The notes under the pieces: model-generated
Seen by the model: the letters and a program-made list of their open reading frames with translations, nothing else
What the model was told of the DNA's origin: nothing
The model's database searches: none
In this document: piece by piece, positions 14,143 to 25,760 of the stretch
Position numbering within the stretch: the first letter of the stretch is position 1
How the letters are laid out: the number at the start of each line of letters is the position of its first letter
From: Lingula anatina
Lineage: Eukaryota > Animalia > Brachiopoda
Reading direction: 5' to 3'
Length of the DNA stretch: 64,000 nt
Assembly: GCA_051362555.1 (NCBI GenBank)
Contig: CM120646.1
Location: 2,666,001 to 2,730,000 of the forward strand
Translations under genes and position numbers: made by a program

Positions 14143-14632
14143 TATCTTTGGTTGTAACGCGAGGTAGTATACTTTTCAGCGCCGCTGCCTTTCTATTTTT
14201 TATCTCTGCCACATGCAATCTCTTGTGGTCTTTTTCCCATTTACATTACATTCCTCTGCTTAAGTATTATGAGGACATGTCAATTAATTCAGTTTATCTA
14301 CAAAACATGCCCCTCTCTTTATTCACTCGTGGCTGTCAATTACTATCATTACACAGTTTAAGACAGATTTTCAAAACTCGACTCAAGTTAATCGAGGCAC
14401 AGTTTTCTTTTTCTAATATTTGTATTGAAAGATGATGTATTTTAGGCATTCAAATCCGACGTGATTTTTAATATATGCATGAAGGCGAATTAAAGAAAAA
14501 TAAACGAATGAAATTAACTTTTTACAGCGCCCGTTCCGCATTTCGGGTGTCTTTTATAAAATAAAAGCCCTCCTTGTTTTTATCTTCTTCCAGAGATAGG
14601 CCCCTACGTATTAGATACGTACTCTCGCTATC

Positions 14633-14639
<7 letters not shown>

Positions 14640-14670
<31 letters not shown>
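14640..14670. repeat. (CT)n microsatellite
   Basis: Direct observation. Confidence 0.95.
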
Positions 14671-14673
<3 letters not shown>

Positions 14674-15125
14674 CATCACCACCGCCTGCTCAAACACGTG
14701 CCCTAGCTAAAATGGTAAACACATATGTCACATAATATGGACTGTAAATACATGGTGATTATTCTGATAAACTTAATGGATTTGTATTATAAATATTTAA
14801 ACATGTATACTTGATACTTTTTATGGCATTGTGTATCTATGTCTAGGCGAATCAACATTCTTTTGGCGTGCTGTTCTGGTTCCAATAGCTCCAAATTATA
14901 GCTATTTGACTAAAAGATACCAATGAATCCACCTATTTACTATGTTATAATGTATTAATTACCATCTGCAGTTACGCTCATATCTTGTATTTACCCATTT
15001 AGTTCTGTAAATACACGGTGTATATACATGTATAATTGATTCCAATTCGGATAACACTCTTTACCTGGTATGACGTTTTCATTTCCAGAAAGAAAAAGGC
15101 ATGGCTACGCAACGTGAAAGAAGAC

Positions 15126-15126
<1 letters not shown>

Positions 15127-15176
<50 letters not shown>
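15127..15176. repeat. (CA)n microsatellite
   Basis: Direct observation. Others occur at ~16744-16782, 35497-35526, 46867-46895 and 55285-55340. Confidence 0.95.
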
Positions 15177-15178
<2 letters not shown>

Positions 15179-15221
15179 CTTTTATAAGCACATCTTCATT
15201 TTTTGAAGGAAAGAATACCAG

Positions 15222-15456
15222 TACTTCCGCCAAGGCCCTTGACATTTACTCTATCTCGCAATGGTAAAGAACCCTTAACTTATTGGATTCAGATGATGAT
15301 CTGGACGATGGATCACCATCAAAATCTAAACACTTTGAAGTGAAGCCATTTCAGAACGATCCTATATATGTCATCAAAACCCATCTGCTACTTTTTTTGA
15401 GTTAGGGTGGTGACGAACAGAAAGATAACGGAGTTGAAAATATAACCTCCTTGGCC
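15222..15456 (-). mobile_element. Short interspersed repeat with DINE-1/Helentron-associated-like structure; a 5' fragment lies at ~12433-12545
   Basis: The minus strand begins GCCAAGGAGGTTATATTTTC and ends CCTTGGCGGAAGT. 12433 has TTCCGCCAAGGCGGTTATG. Classification is from remembered structure only. Confidence 0.45.
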
Positions 15457-15510
15457 TTCCGGTTTTACGAATTTGAGGGTCCGTGGAACAGACAGTCCAC
15501 CCTCCACTTA

Positions 15511-15725
15511 GGGCGTATTCCCAGAGCTTTTAGGTCGATCTATCCCCTCGGGGAGTCTCATTAGATTACGGTCAGATAATCCGGCTTAAATGTCCGTCCC
15601 GCCTACTACAAGCTGTAAGGGGGTAATTGACTTTAGTGCCCGCTCGGCTGACAGCTATTTAGCGTGAACCCCCAGGGAGTTAGGTCGATCTAAAGTAGAT
15701 CGATCTAATCTCTGGGAATGGGGTC
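15511..15725 (-). mobile_element. Tourist/Harbinger-type MITE family A, copy 1
   Basis: ~215 bp with imperfect ~30-bp TIRs (..ATTCCCAGAG..AGATCGATCT) and TTA on both sides. Five related copies occur in the window. Confidence 0.85.
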
Positions 15726-16740
15726 TTAGTAATAATGTTTAGGTTTAGCCAAAATGGAGGCCGAGGCTTACCTGTAGACAATTAATCGGAAGCGGAATCT
15801 CTATCATGCGGGACTCTCTGTTAAATAACACGCGTACCGGAAAGGTTAGTTCCAGATGCGGGTATTTGCCTATGATCGATACCCACGTGGAGCAAGGGTA
15901 ACCGGCGCCGATAGCACTGGTTCTGTTTGTACTTTATTTATGCAAAAATATTTATATTGGTGGCTTGTCCGATGCCTAATAGCCCTTTGTAAAGTGTCCC
16001 CGGAAGCGTATTTTGACTTCTTTTTGAATTAGCTTTGCAAAGCAACTTGGACCGATTGATATTGATTTTTGTGTAAATGATAATGTCCAAGTCAGAATTA
16101 CCGCGTAAATAATAGTCTTCGATCAGTGAGTTGGGGGTGTTTGACAATTTAAGCATTTTTGTTCTTTATTCTTTCACCTTTAAAGTTGTGCCTTGTATTA
16201 CTAACTCTAATTACATGGAAGAAACCATCATTGGAAAACAGTTTATGTGTTTAATGGCGGGCCTTGTTGTACGTTTTCTTATGCAAATATAATCCTGGAA
16301 CAAAAGACTGCCCCTTCACCTACATGTACAATGGGCACATGTTTGATACCTATTCCATGAAATAAATCTTCCTAGGTTTTTCTCGCCAAGCTGGACCTTT
16401 TGGTTCTGCTTGCAAAGTGTAGCCGGTGGACCTGCAAGTGCATCAAACATACTTTATAACTCCAAAAATTGTTAACTTTTCCAGCGTGTTGCATTATTTT
16501 GCTCGGTAAATAAACGAGGTTATTGATAAAAAACGGCTATGAATTCCACTGGCTCCAAAGCGAGAAAACAATTCCAACCTTTTGTACCATTACTAAAGCA
16601 CCCTAACTACAGTAGGTAGAGAATTATCTGATGCAAGAGGTCGGAAACAAGACAAATGACAGGGTTTTTTTATAGTAAATGGAGTGTAAAACTTTGCACG
16701 CTTTGTGATTCTGACCTTTGTATTTGAATTAAGATTTGTC

Positions 16741-16783
<43 letters not shown>

Positions 16784-17056
16784 TTTGCTGTCTTTCTCGT
16801 ATAGTCATAGGAAAATGTACGGTGAAATCATTCGTGAATTAAGTTTCGTGTTACGAAAAAAAATTTTTTAATTAATTAAATTAATTTTTAATTAAAAGGA
16901 TAAAACCTGACTCATGCTTAAACGTGAATATTGCGTTCCTATCCATGCGTTGTGTTTGGGCGTTAATTCTTTCTCAACTGTTGCAATTTGTAGTAGATAA
17001 TTCTTGCTTCTGTGCTTATACATTTTTCTTATTATTATCACTCCTACTGTAACTAG

Positions 17057-17287
17057 GGGTGCATTCCCAGAGATTGAGATCGGTCCAGAGATTTAGATTT
17101 AGATCGACCTACATGTACCACCCTGGGGGTTCACGCTAAATTGCAGTCAGCCGAGCGCGCACCATAGTTAATTACCCCATTACAGCTTTTAGAAGACGGG
17201 ACTGACGCTTAAGCCGGCTAAGCTGACAGTAATCTAGTGAGACTCCCCACAGGGATAGATCGATCTAAAATCTATGGAAATGGGGTC
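17057..17287 (+). mobile_element. MITE family A, copy 2
   Basis: Same internal sequence (CCCTGGGGGTTCACGCTAAA..GAGACTCCCC) with TAG on both sides. Absent from the paralogous promoter at ~27640. Confidence 0.85.
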
Positions 17288-17965
17288 TAGCACTATACAA
17301 CAACAGCAACAACTATTAATAAATAAATAAATAAATAAATATAACACTGTTGTATAAACCTGCTGCACATTTTTCATTATATTCGTCAGTCTTTCTTTCC
17401 CTGATCATGTTCCTAAAAAAACATTGCATGAACTGTTGTGGATCAATCTGTAGAGCAACATGTGGCAAACTGACCAGCGAATGACACGGGCCTGATCGAA
17501 TTTTTAAAGCTGCTGTCAAGGTTCAATGGCATTATATAGTTTAGAAATGCCACGTTGTAAAATAAAAAAAATTAGATAGTTACACGAACAGCATAAAAAT
17601 GAGGAATCATTGTGTCGAGAAATGGGAATGATTTTAGTTCGTCACAATTAGAATTGGGGAAAAAATGAAGGCGAATGAGTCACTATAGTGAGCACTAGGA
17701 AATGACCTTATTTTTCGTGCACAATATTGTATTAACGTTTCATAATACTTCCTTTTTATGGTAGCAACATGTGACTGTGTGTGACTTTTACAAATGATTA
17801 AATTCTAAAACGCTTACACATCGTGAAGAGAGGAGTCTATTTTAATTGAGGATGGCGTAAGCGTCATCGACATCAACCCTCGAGAGACAGCCCTCAGCCC
17901 AGACTCAAGACAGTGGAAACAGGACCCAGCACTGAGCCTGACGCCAAGCCACTGAGAGTGACCAG

Positions 17966-18699
17966 GCCCCCGTTTCACAAAGAATCTTAAATCCGTAGAC
18001 GTCTTACTCGAGCTGGGTGGCCTAGCTAGGTCGACTTAGCTGAAGTCGACTTGGAGTGTTTCACAAAGAATCTAACGTCTTAGCTTGGCGTGCTTACCGT
18101 AGTCGACGCGCACGAGAAACTCTTCAAGAAAAGGAGGTGTAAAATTGCAAAAGTTTCACAAGACATGACGTTTCATGGCCTCTTTCGGCCGAGAACGATC
18201 GTTTATCAACAATAAAAGTCAGCCAAAACACAAACAAAGTTTGTTTTTGAACTTTATTGATAAGTTTAACTTCAATACAACTTCAAAGTAACAGTTAAAC
18301 ATTAGCTTGTCGTGGAACACTACTGAGGGACGTCTAGCGGTCAAAAACATAAACAAACACGCGATCGGCTGGGTAAAGTGGAATTTTATTTTTTATTTTA
18401 ATATTCCATAAATGTCAGTGCTATTCAAGGATATTATAACACAATATCTTGAAGGAGGTATGTTCTTTCCAAATTTTTGTTGTTTATGCTCTCATTTATC
18501 GAGTTTTAGTTGAGCTTGCCGACTTAAGTCTCCTCCCGAGGAGGCTTGACATCGTCGACTTACAGCTAAGAAAAAAACGACGTAAGCGACCTTTTAGATT
18601 CTTTGTGAAACGGGACTTAGTGACGTAACGACTTAATTACGTTGGTAACCAAGCCCTAAGTCAGGGAAACCGACTTAAGTTTTTTTGTGAAACGGGGGC
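17966..18699. mobile_element. Non-autonomous DNA transposon (PIF/Harbinger-like), 734 bp
   Basis: TIRs GCCCCCGTTTCACAAA / TTTGTGAAACGGGGGC with internal subterminal copies. The flanks are CAG and CTG. The paralogous empty site at 28440 reads GTGAC-CAG-ATGGCG. Confidence 0.85.
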
Positions 18700-18702
18700 C
18701 TG

Positions 18703-21700
18703 ATGGCGGGTCTGGTGCATGAAAATGGCAGGAGAGACATCATTATTCTAGTGCTCCTTTCTTCTCTCATCGGAGCTGTCAGCAGTGAGAGTACTGGTAC
18801 AGGTACGTGTGCCCCTCCCCCCATCCCCGACGAAGCCAATTTTGAGAAAATATATCTTGCAAATAATTCTGCCGGGAAGGTCCCATTTTTTCTGCTGACC
18901 GTAGTTTACAGGTAGTATGACGAGGTGCTATACCGGGAAAGCTACCAACCACGTTATAGAGCACGATGAGAGCCAAAGCGGTTCACAAAATGGCGGTGTT
19001 AGTTCTGAGTAGTCTCTTTCATTTCAAACGTCCACTGTGGATTTGCCCCGGGTACTGTATGAATATATGTACAGTCTTGATAAGCAAGGCCAAATAATGG
19101 GGGTGGGGGCATTAAAAAACAAAATGTATGGTTAGGTAAAGCAACAGCGACAATATGACTTTTGAAAAAACATTTCTAGCTGAAAGTCCCAACGAGCAGA
19201 TAGTTTTTTTTTTTTTTGTGAAAGAGCTGTACGCCATGCATGACGCCATGCCGGGTAAGGTATTGACTCAATTGAATTTTGATCTGTTGCGTAGTTGGTA
19301 AAGGATAGAGATCAATGGCCATCCCCGCCATGCCGACATGCCGTTACGATGGTTTGCTGATGAATAGTTTTTCTTTTTTTTCTTTGCAACCAAGCACGCT
19401 ACCGACTTCGATGTGAGTGAACCGCCACACTCTTATAGTAATCAAACGCAATTTTTAGAAATTATTTCGAGCAGGACATCTTGAACATTTTGATATTCGA
19501 ACCCGCGTATTTATAATTGTCTAGCAATGTGTAAGAGGACGACGTTAACAAGGAGCCATACATGTAGCAGCTTCGTTAATTAGCTACGGATCAATTATTA
19601 GAAAGTTTCTACTTCTCACAGAGAGGGCCAGTTTGGCTGTACACAGGGGCGGATCGAGGATTATTTGAAGGAGGGGGTCCGATTTTTCAGGAATGACAGG
19701 CCTCGAATAAGAAGCCGACCCTCGCCCCCTTGGAGTGTTTTGGAGGGCAAACAGTGTCATTTTGAACGAATAAGAATTATAAATCTGCTAGTCAAATTCT
19801 TATTCCAAGAGGGGAATTTCAGTGTGAATTTTTTTCAGAAACAGAAAGGGGGGTATCAGGACTCCCCTGTGTGTGTTCGCTACATTTGATAAGAAAAGGG
19901 CATCCGCACCTGCCACCGTAAATCGTTATTTTAAGATAAGCCGTGTATTTGAAAGGGGGGAAATTAACATCTATAGCTAAAGATTTTATTTCGTTTTTTT
20001 TAAAGTAAAACCTCAAAATGTTGATCTTTTTGGCCTTTATGTTAACCCGCCAATGTAGTTTGATCTATTAAACTGAAAATACTACTACATTTACTATAAC
20101 TACTACTACTACTACTAATAATAATAATAATAATAATAATGACTATTTCAAAATTCAAATAGACGATCATTTATCCCCTTTTGTGTATTACCCCTGAAGT
20201 AAAATGCGTTTTCCTCTAACTTTCAGAAACGTGCGCAACAAAATATAGAGATTGCTTTTGCGAAGACAGACACTGCTTCTTCCTCGTTGATAAAAATATG
20301 ACCTTCAGCTCTTCTGAGCAGTATTGTCTTGAACAGGGCGGACATCTAGCGACAGTTCGGAGTGCCAACATGCAGCGAAGACTACATGGGATAGCTGGAG
20401 AAAGACGTGTTTGGATTGGTGCAAGGGAACACGTGATGTCGACATGGACGTGGTTGGATGGATCTTCATATATCCCAAGTAGTAGTCCGTTTCATTTCCT
20501 CTAATGATTTACTGTATGGGACTAAATTATAACGCCTATTTTTGGGGGCATGCGGTTATATCATAAATATAATTGTTAAACCTTTTTTGTCTTACAAAAG
20601 CTCTTTTAAAACGGATGCCCATTTACTAGTAGGGGAGAGCGGGGTTGGTTGGAACAGTTTTCACCTTTTTTGCGATATCTCAGCAGTCAAAGCTTTGGGG
20701 ACAAAAATAAAAAATCTGATAGGGGAAAATTATATGCCGCACTTATCTATGTAATAAAACATCAAGTAGGTCTTTTTATTTTAGAGTAATAAATGCTCAA
20801 AGTTGGCTCCTAAAACGTTCCATCTCACCCCACCCGCGGGGTCAGTTGGAACAGGCAGTGGGGTGAGTTGGAACAAGAGGGCGAGTTGGAACGCTTGCAT
20901 ATAAATTCAAAGTATAATTCATTTTAAGAGTAGGTTTATCTATATTAATTTCCCAACAAGTACGTGTTACTTTGTATTCGTATCTCCATAGTTTGTAAGC
21001 ATTTTTTACGTTTACAATTTGCTTTCAAATAGTCTTTTCGATGTATAAACCATATCCAGTTACACTTCATTTCATAATGATAACAAAAGTGGTGTAGTTT
21101 AAGAGAAAAGAAATTGAACACATATAACTCAACCTATTAACAACATTATGTTAGACCTACAAATGAAAACTGTATCTCTTTCAACTCAACAACTCAGAAT
21201 CAAAATCGCAGTTCTGACATATGTAGGCCCTACACTTGGTCAACCTTTGTACAGTCTTCATGTGACCACTTTAGACAAACAATGCATTTAACCCATTGCT
21301 CTTTTGGTCGGCTGTTAATGAACGGCTCCCCACAAACCAGACATGGCCACTCTTCTTCTGACTCAGAATCGCTGGTCATCTTTAATTTCCCTTTTCTTGA
21401 TTTTCTCTATCGACTAGAAATCTTAAACTGTTTTTTATTTTTGTTGCGCTTGTCCTTTTTAATTTTGTTGGGCTTGGCCTTTTCTTTTTCGAGTAGCTCA
21501 TTTTCAGGTGTGTCAGTTAGTACTGCACTGCATCGTTTTCTTCTTTTAATCTTTGGAATGCGACGGTGAGCCTTTGGAAAGGGTCTAATTATTGCTGGAC
21601 TTGAGCTGTTTGGGGTTTTTCTTAAGTGAGCTTTAGTGTGCTGTAGCACCTCTTCCGGTGAGGGCAACTGAGATTTCAACTGAATCTTTGTCTAAGTTAC

Positions 21701-24700
21701 GAGGTGAATGTTTGTCTTTTCTGGCGGATTTTGTACCGTCGTTCACTAAACATTAACAGCAACCCCCAATCCATTACTTAAAACATTTGAAACCACATCG
21801 GCAGAGTTGGTGTTGTATAGTTTATCCATAACATAGGCTCTCAGCTAGAATATTTTCATTTTGCCGCGAAAAGCAGAGTAATAATCAACATTTCCTTCCA
21901 CATCTAAAAGCAATTTATCGCAAAAAGCAACAGTGGGCATGCAGACCCCTTTCGACCAAACAGCTAGGAACTGCATTTAACAAGCAATGACCCCCCCCCC
22001 CTTGTATCTTCTACACGCATGTACATTCCGGCATCTTGGAGATGTTCTATCAGCTAGATTCCGTCTCCAGTTGGAGTTGTACTGGGTTACTACGTTACTA
22101 CTCTCTTCAAAGTTGAAATTAAAACATTTAGAGAGGTTTAAAAAATGAAAAACACCGTGCGGGGTGGGTTGGAACACCCCTGACAGTGTTCCAACTGGCC
22201 CCATGTCAAATGTTCCAACCAGCCCCCATGACGTCATCGCCTACTTATGACACTGTATTTCTTTAACACGTGGGAAGTGATTAAAAAAAACAACAGCCTT
22301 TTGAACATCAAGGTGGTCCTAAACGCTATGCACAATTTCAGTGATATAATCCTTATACTTTAGTTTACAGCACGATGAATGTCAAAAATATGAAAACTTA
22401 CTTCGAGTAGCGAAAATACGTTTTTTTCGCATAAAACTTTTACTGCATTTTCGAAACTTCCACAAGTTTACCGGATGAATAACCATGCCACGTGACATTT
22501 TTATTCTGAAGGAGCACATGATCGGTCTTGTGATTTAAGAAATAAAGCCAATGTTCCAACTTACCCGCGTTCCAACCCACCCCGCTCTCCCCTACTTTTT
22601 TTATTGTACCCTAGTACTGTACAAGGTGCTAAATATGTCACTCATAATATACAAACGCTAGTAAATCTGTTTTGATCCGTACAGCTCATGCTGATCCATG
22701 ATTTAGAAAAGTATCATTTACTTAGTTCCTTGATTTTCTTACAATTTTTATAAAACCATTTGAATATGTATCTCAAATTGCAACTATATTTGGTGATATC
22801 TCTTTAAAGAAAATACATGTGTTCTACATGTAGGTGGTTTCAATCAATTTGATACCTCAAACAGCGAGTCCACAGCTGTGATGCTTTTAAGGAGCAGGGG
22901 GCAGTGGACTTGGAAATCAAGCTCTAAATTCGGAGAAAAAGGTTATTTGCGAAACAGGTGCGTTATAAATTTCTTTTAAATAATTAAGATCACATACGTT
23001 ATTGTTTTAAAATTGTGTGTATTTCCATTGAAGAATCATTTCAGTTTTAATAACCAGTCTGATTAAATGTTATCGTAGACCTAATAGGCAACAAAATGCC
23101 CTCTTGAGAAAAGGAATACATTTGAAAGCAGGTAAATGAATGAATGAAGAAATAAAGACAAAAAAACTCCAATTACTTAGAACATTGTCTATAAGATTGG
23201 TTTAACGCAATGTTCAAACATCTGACTAAATTGTCTTGCCTACAGGTAAACTTGAACTGAACTGTACTCCCAGCAATGACGATAACGTCGTGGTATATGA
23301 ATTGGATGGTCGTTGTATTCTATACAGTCTAGGCAAGCAGTACTACTCGTGGTATCAAGCGAGGCAAACATGTAACAGCTTCAATGCAGATCTCATAAAA
23401 ATGGCAAACGAAGAAATTCAGACAAAACTTTGGTCGGTTTTTGGTGTTTTGGCGCCTGACGAGCGTTGGATTGGACTGCGGAATAATGTATGGAGATGGG
23501 AGTTATGCGGTTAGTATTATCAAGAAGTTATATAGAGAAGGACCTTCTCTTTATAACTTCTTGGTATTATCATTGGTTCTTATAATCATTGGGTCTAATT
23601 GTTTAACTACATCACACTTGAGAATTTGATATTACAGTTGAATAAATAGCTTCCAGTTGAATAAACAGCTTTCATTAATATTTTTTATCCTGAATGTGCA
23701 TTTCAGTAGTCAGATAAATTACCAATTTAACAGTTTGATTTTAAATATTGAAAACATACTCTGTGCAGATTAAATGATAATGAAAACGATTTCTTGATCT
23801 GTTACTTATAATGCATCTTACTATAAATAATTATTCAGTATGCTTGCAAACGGCCGTGAAATAAGAATCAAACGCTAAGAATTAATGGTCCTATTATCTC
23901 TTCTAGGTCAAGAACTAAAAGAATGGCACTGGTCAGATAGGGTGGTTGGAGGAGAATCGAAACATTGTGTCATTCTTGATAATCGCTTACCAGAATTTAG
24001 AAGCTGGGAACCAGTATCCTGCACGGAAGCGCACAATTTTGTTTGCGAAATTCGAGGAGAGGTACAAAAGAAGGAGGAAAAAGAAAAACACTCAAAAAGC
24101 GCAGGCAAGGCAACCAAATCTTTATTGTGAAAAATCCTTTTAATTTAAAGTATAGTTTGTAATGAAGGTGGCAAATCGCAGTACGAAGCGTTATTTGTTC
24201 ACCTTAAACGGACATACTAAGCGGTTTAACTCGGAAATGATGCACAAAAACGCCACTTTCACAACATCAAACACTCTAAATTAAGAAGACCTAATTCAAA
24301 TTAACGTCAGACACACGACAGCTCTTATCATCTTAACAACTATGATAGCACTCTTCCTCGGTTTGTGTGTCCCTTAAAGCAGGTTTACTAACTGCATCGG
24401 TGACTGTTGTAATACAACGTTTTTCCCCAACCCATCTACATGTTCCTCTAACTCGTCAAGCGCATTTATTCAATGGTCTTGAAATTGTCAGGATTTATCG
24501 AAAAGGGGCTATATCTGGGTGGTAATTTTAATTAAAAAGGGTTTCAGACAGACCATCAGAAGGGCTTGAACGGAGAAAACCCTTCAGGAAACTCTATTTG
24601 AATTGCATTTGTGTTTTGTAAATAGAGTCTAAATTTTAAGAAAATTTTCAAACTTCATTTCCAGAAAAATCTCAAGATTCCGCCGGTAATGCGTTGGATT

Positions 24701-25515
24701 TTTGCTTCCGTTCATTTTACAATAGCTTCAGCCAGAAAGTTAAACTTAACTTTTTGACAAGAATTCAAAATAAATCTACCATAGTCAACTTGATAGTAAA
24801 GGCATCGGTCTGAAACATTAGTCATGCACTGACATACGATGTGCTTTATAAGGCCCACACTTCAACTTAGATGTTTAAGAATTGAAAGTCATTTTCTGCT
24901 AGAATACTCTGTTCTGCCAATATTTTATATTTTAACGCTATTATTCTGCATTTGTCAATATAACATTTGTATTTTATTTCAATAGGAACTATAGCAGGGG
25001 CATGTGTTGGTGGGTTAGTGTGTATCATAGCCCTATCCATTGGCATCATCATTTTTGTTCGACGGAGGTGAGCATTTTTTGAACATAAATGAAGCTGTAA
25101 ATGAAGTTACCGTCAGAGCTATACTATTGGATTACATTTTATTCTGTTGTTGCTTCAAGTCGGTGATCCTGTACATAAGTATAATTTTTTTACATTTTTA
25201 TTTACCGTAATACTTATCCCCCTGTAGTGGTTTTAATTGATGATGAGTTTAATAGCTGTTTTAATTTAAAATTAAGATTTTTATTTTTAATTAAAATGTT
25301 TCAGAAAACAAAAGACTCGACAAGAGACAAGAGACGGTGAAAGCCAGGATGCGAGATACTCAGATCTCTACACTACACCAATTAACTTTCAATCTAATTC
25401 TTCAGCTCCGGAAGAGCCTCCACAATACACACGGCTCTTCGTTCTCAGTTCCAGTGAATCTCCCTCGAATGAACCTGAATATGTAAACATAGTTGAGAAC
25501 GATTCATATGGCTGA
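18703..25515 (+). pseudogene. Double C-type-lectin-domain type-I receptor, copy 1. A 2-nt deletion in exon 3 makes it a pseudogene, a truncated allele or an assembly error.
   Basis: Exons 18703-18802 (signal), 20227-~20484, 22834-22957, 23246-23509, 23907-24104 (GC donor), 24986-25067 (TM GTIAGACVGGLVCIIALSIGIIIFVRRR) and 25305-25515 (tail ending EYVNIVENDSYG*). Exon 3 is 124 nt against 126 nt in copy 2 (GGTTATTTGC vs GGTTTTATTTGC), which gives a stop at the start of exon 4. Confidence 0.75.
20632..22592 (-). mobile_element. Internally deleted Tc1/mariner-superfamily (pogo-like) element with a decayed transposase C-terminus (PHD finger)
   Basis: TIRs GGGGAGAGCGGGGT.GGTTGGAAC, a TA target duplication and repeated GTTGGAAC motifs. 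The minus-strand remnant reads IRPFPKA..LTDTPE..CLVCGEPF..WVKCIVCLKWSHEDC..YICQNC, with a stop and a frameshift. The element is absent from the paralogous intron at ~30150. Confidence 0.8.
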
Positions 25516-25760
25516 CTCGTTTGTTTTGTGAGTTAAGTAGTTAGGTTCGTGAACATCGTAAACGAAAGTTTTACCAACACAGGTAATAAATATCTAATGA
25601 TAACCCACAGAACAAACTAAACAAAACCTATTCTCATTTCGCAAACTGTGTAAATATGAAAAAGTGAGATCTATTCCATGTTTTTATTTACATAAAAATT
25701 CTAAAAATATACGTTGGCTTTGATTGACATAAATTATAGTGTGATTTGCATTATGAGTAG
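24880..25760 (+). repeat. Inverted paralogue of ~42725-43735 (intron end, TM exon, intron, tail exon, 3'UTR)
   Basis: Shared TATTATTCTGCATTTGTCA, an 82-nt TM exon ending GTTCGACGGAG|GTGAGCATTTTTT, TCAGATCTCTAC, TATGGCTGACT and AAGTTTTACCAACAC in the 3'UTR. Confidence 0.85.

Larger units (their letters stand above)
16900..24110 (+). repeat. Segmental tandem duplication, unit 1 (paralogous to ~27497-31540)
   Basis: Similarity starts at AAACCTGACTCA..GTGAATATTGCGTTC (16902 vs 27499). It continues through the promoter, exons 1-5 and much of introns 2-4, and ends just after GCAAGGCAAC. Confidence 0.85.

Noticed and set aside
25425-25495. ITAM in the lectin copy 1 tail (YTRL...YVNI)
   Set aside because: The spacer is 14 residues, longer than the usual 6-12, so I treat them as separate motifs.
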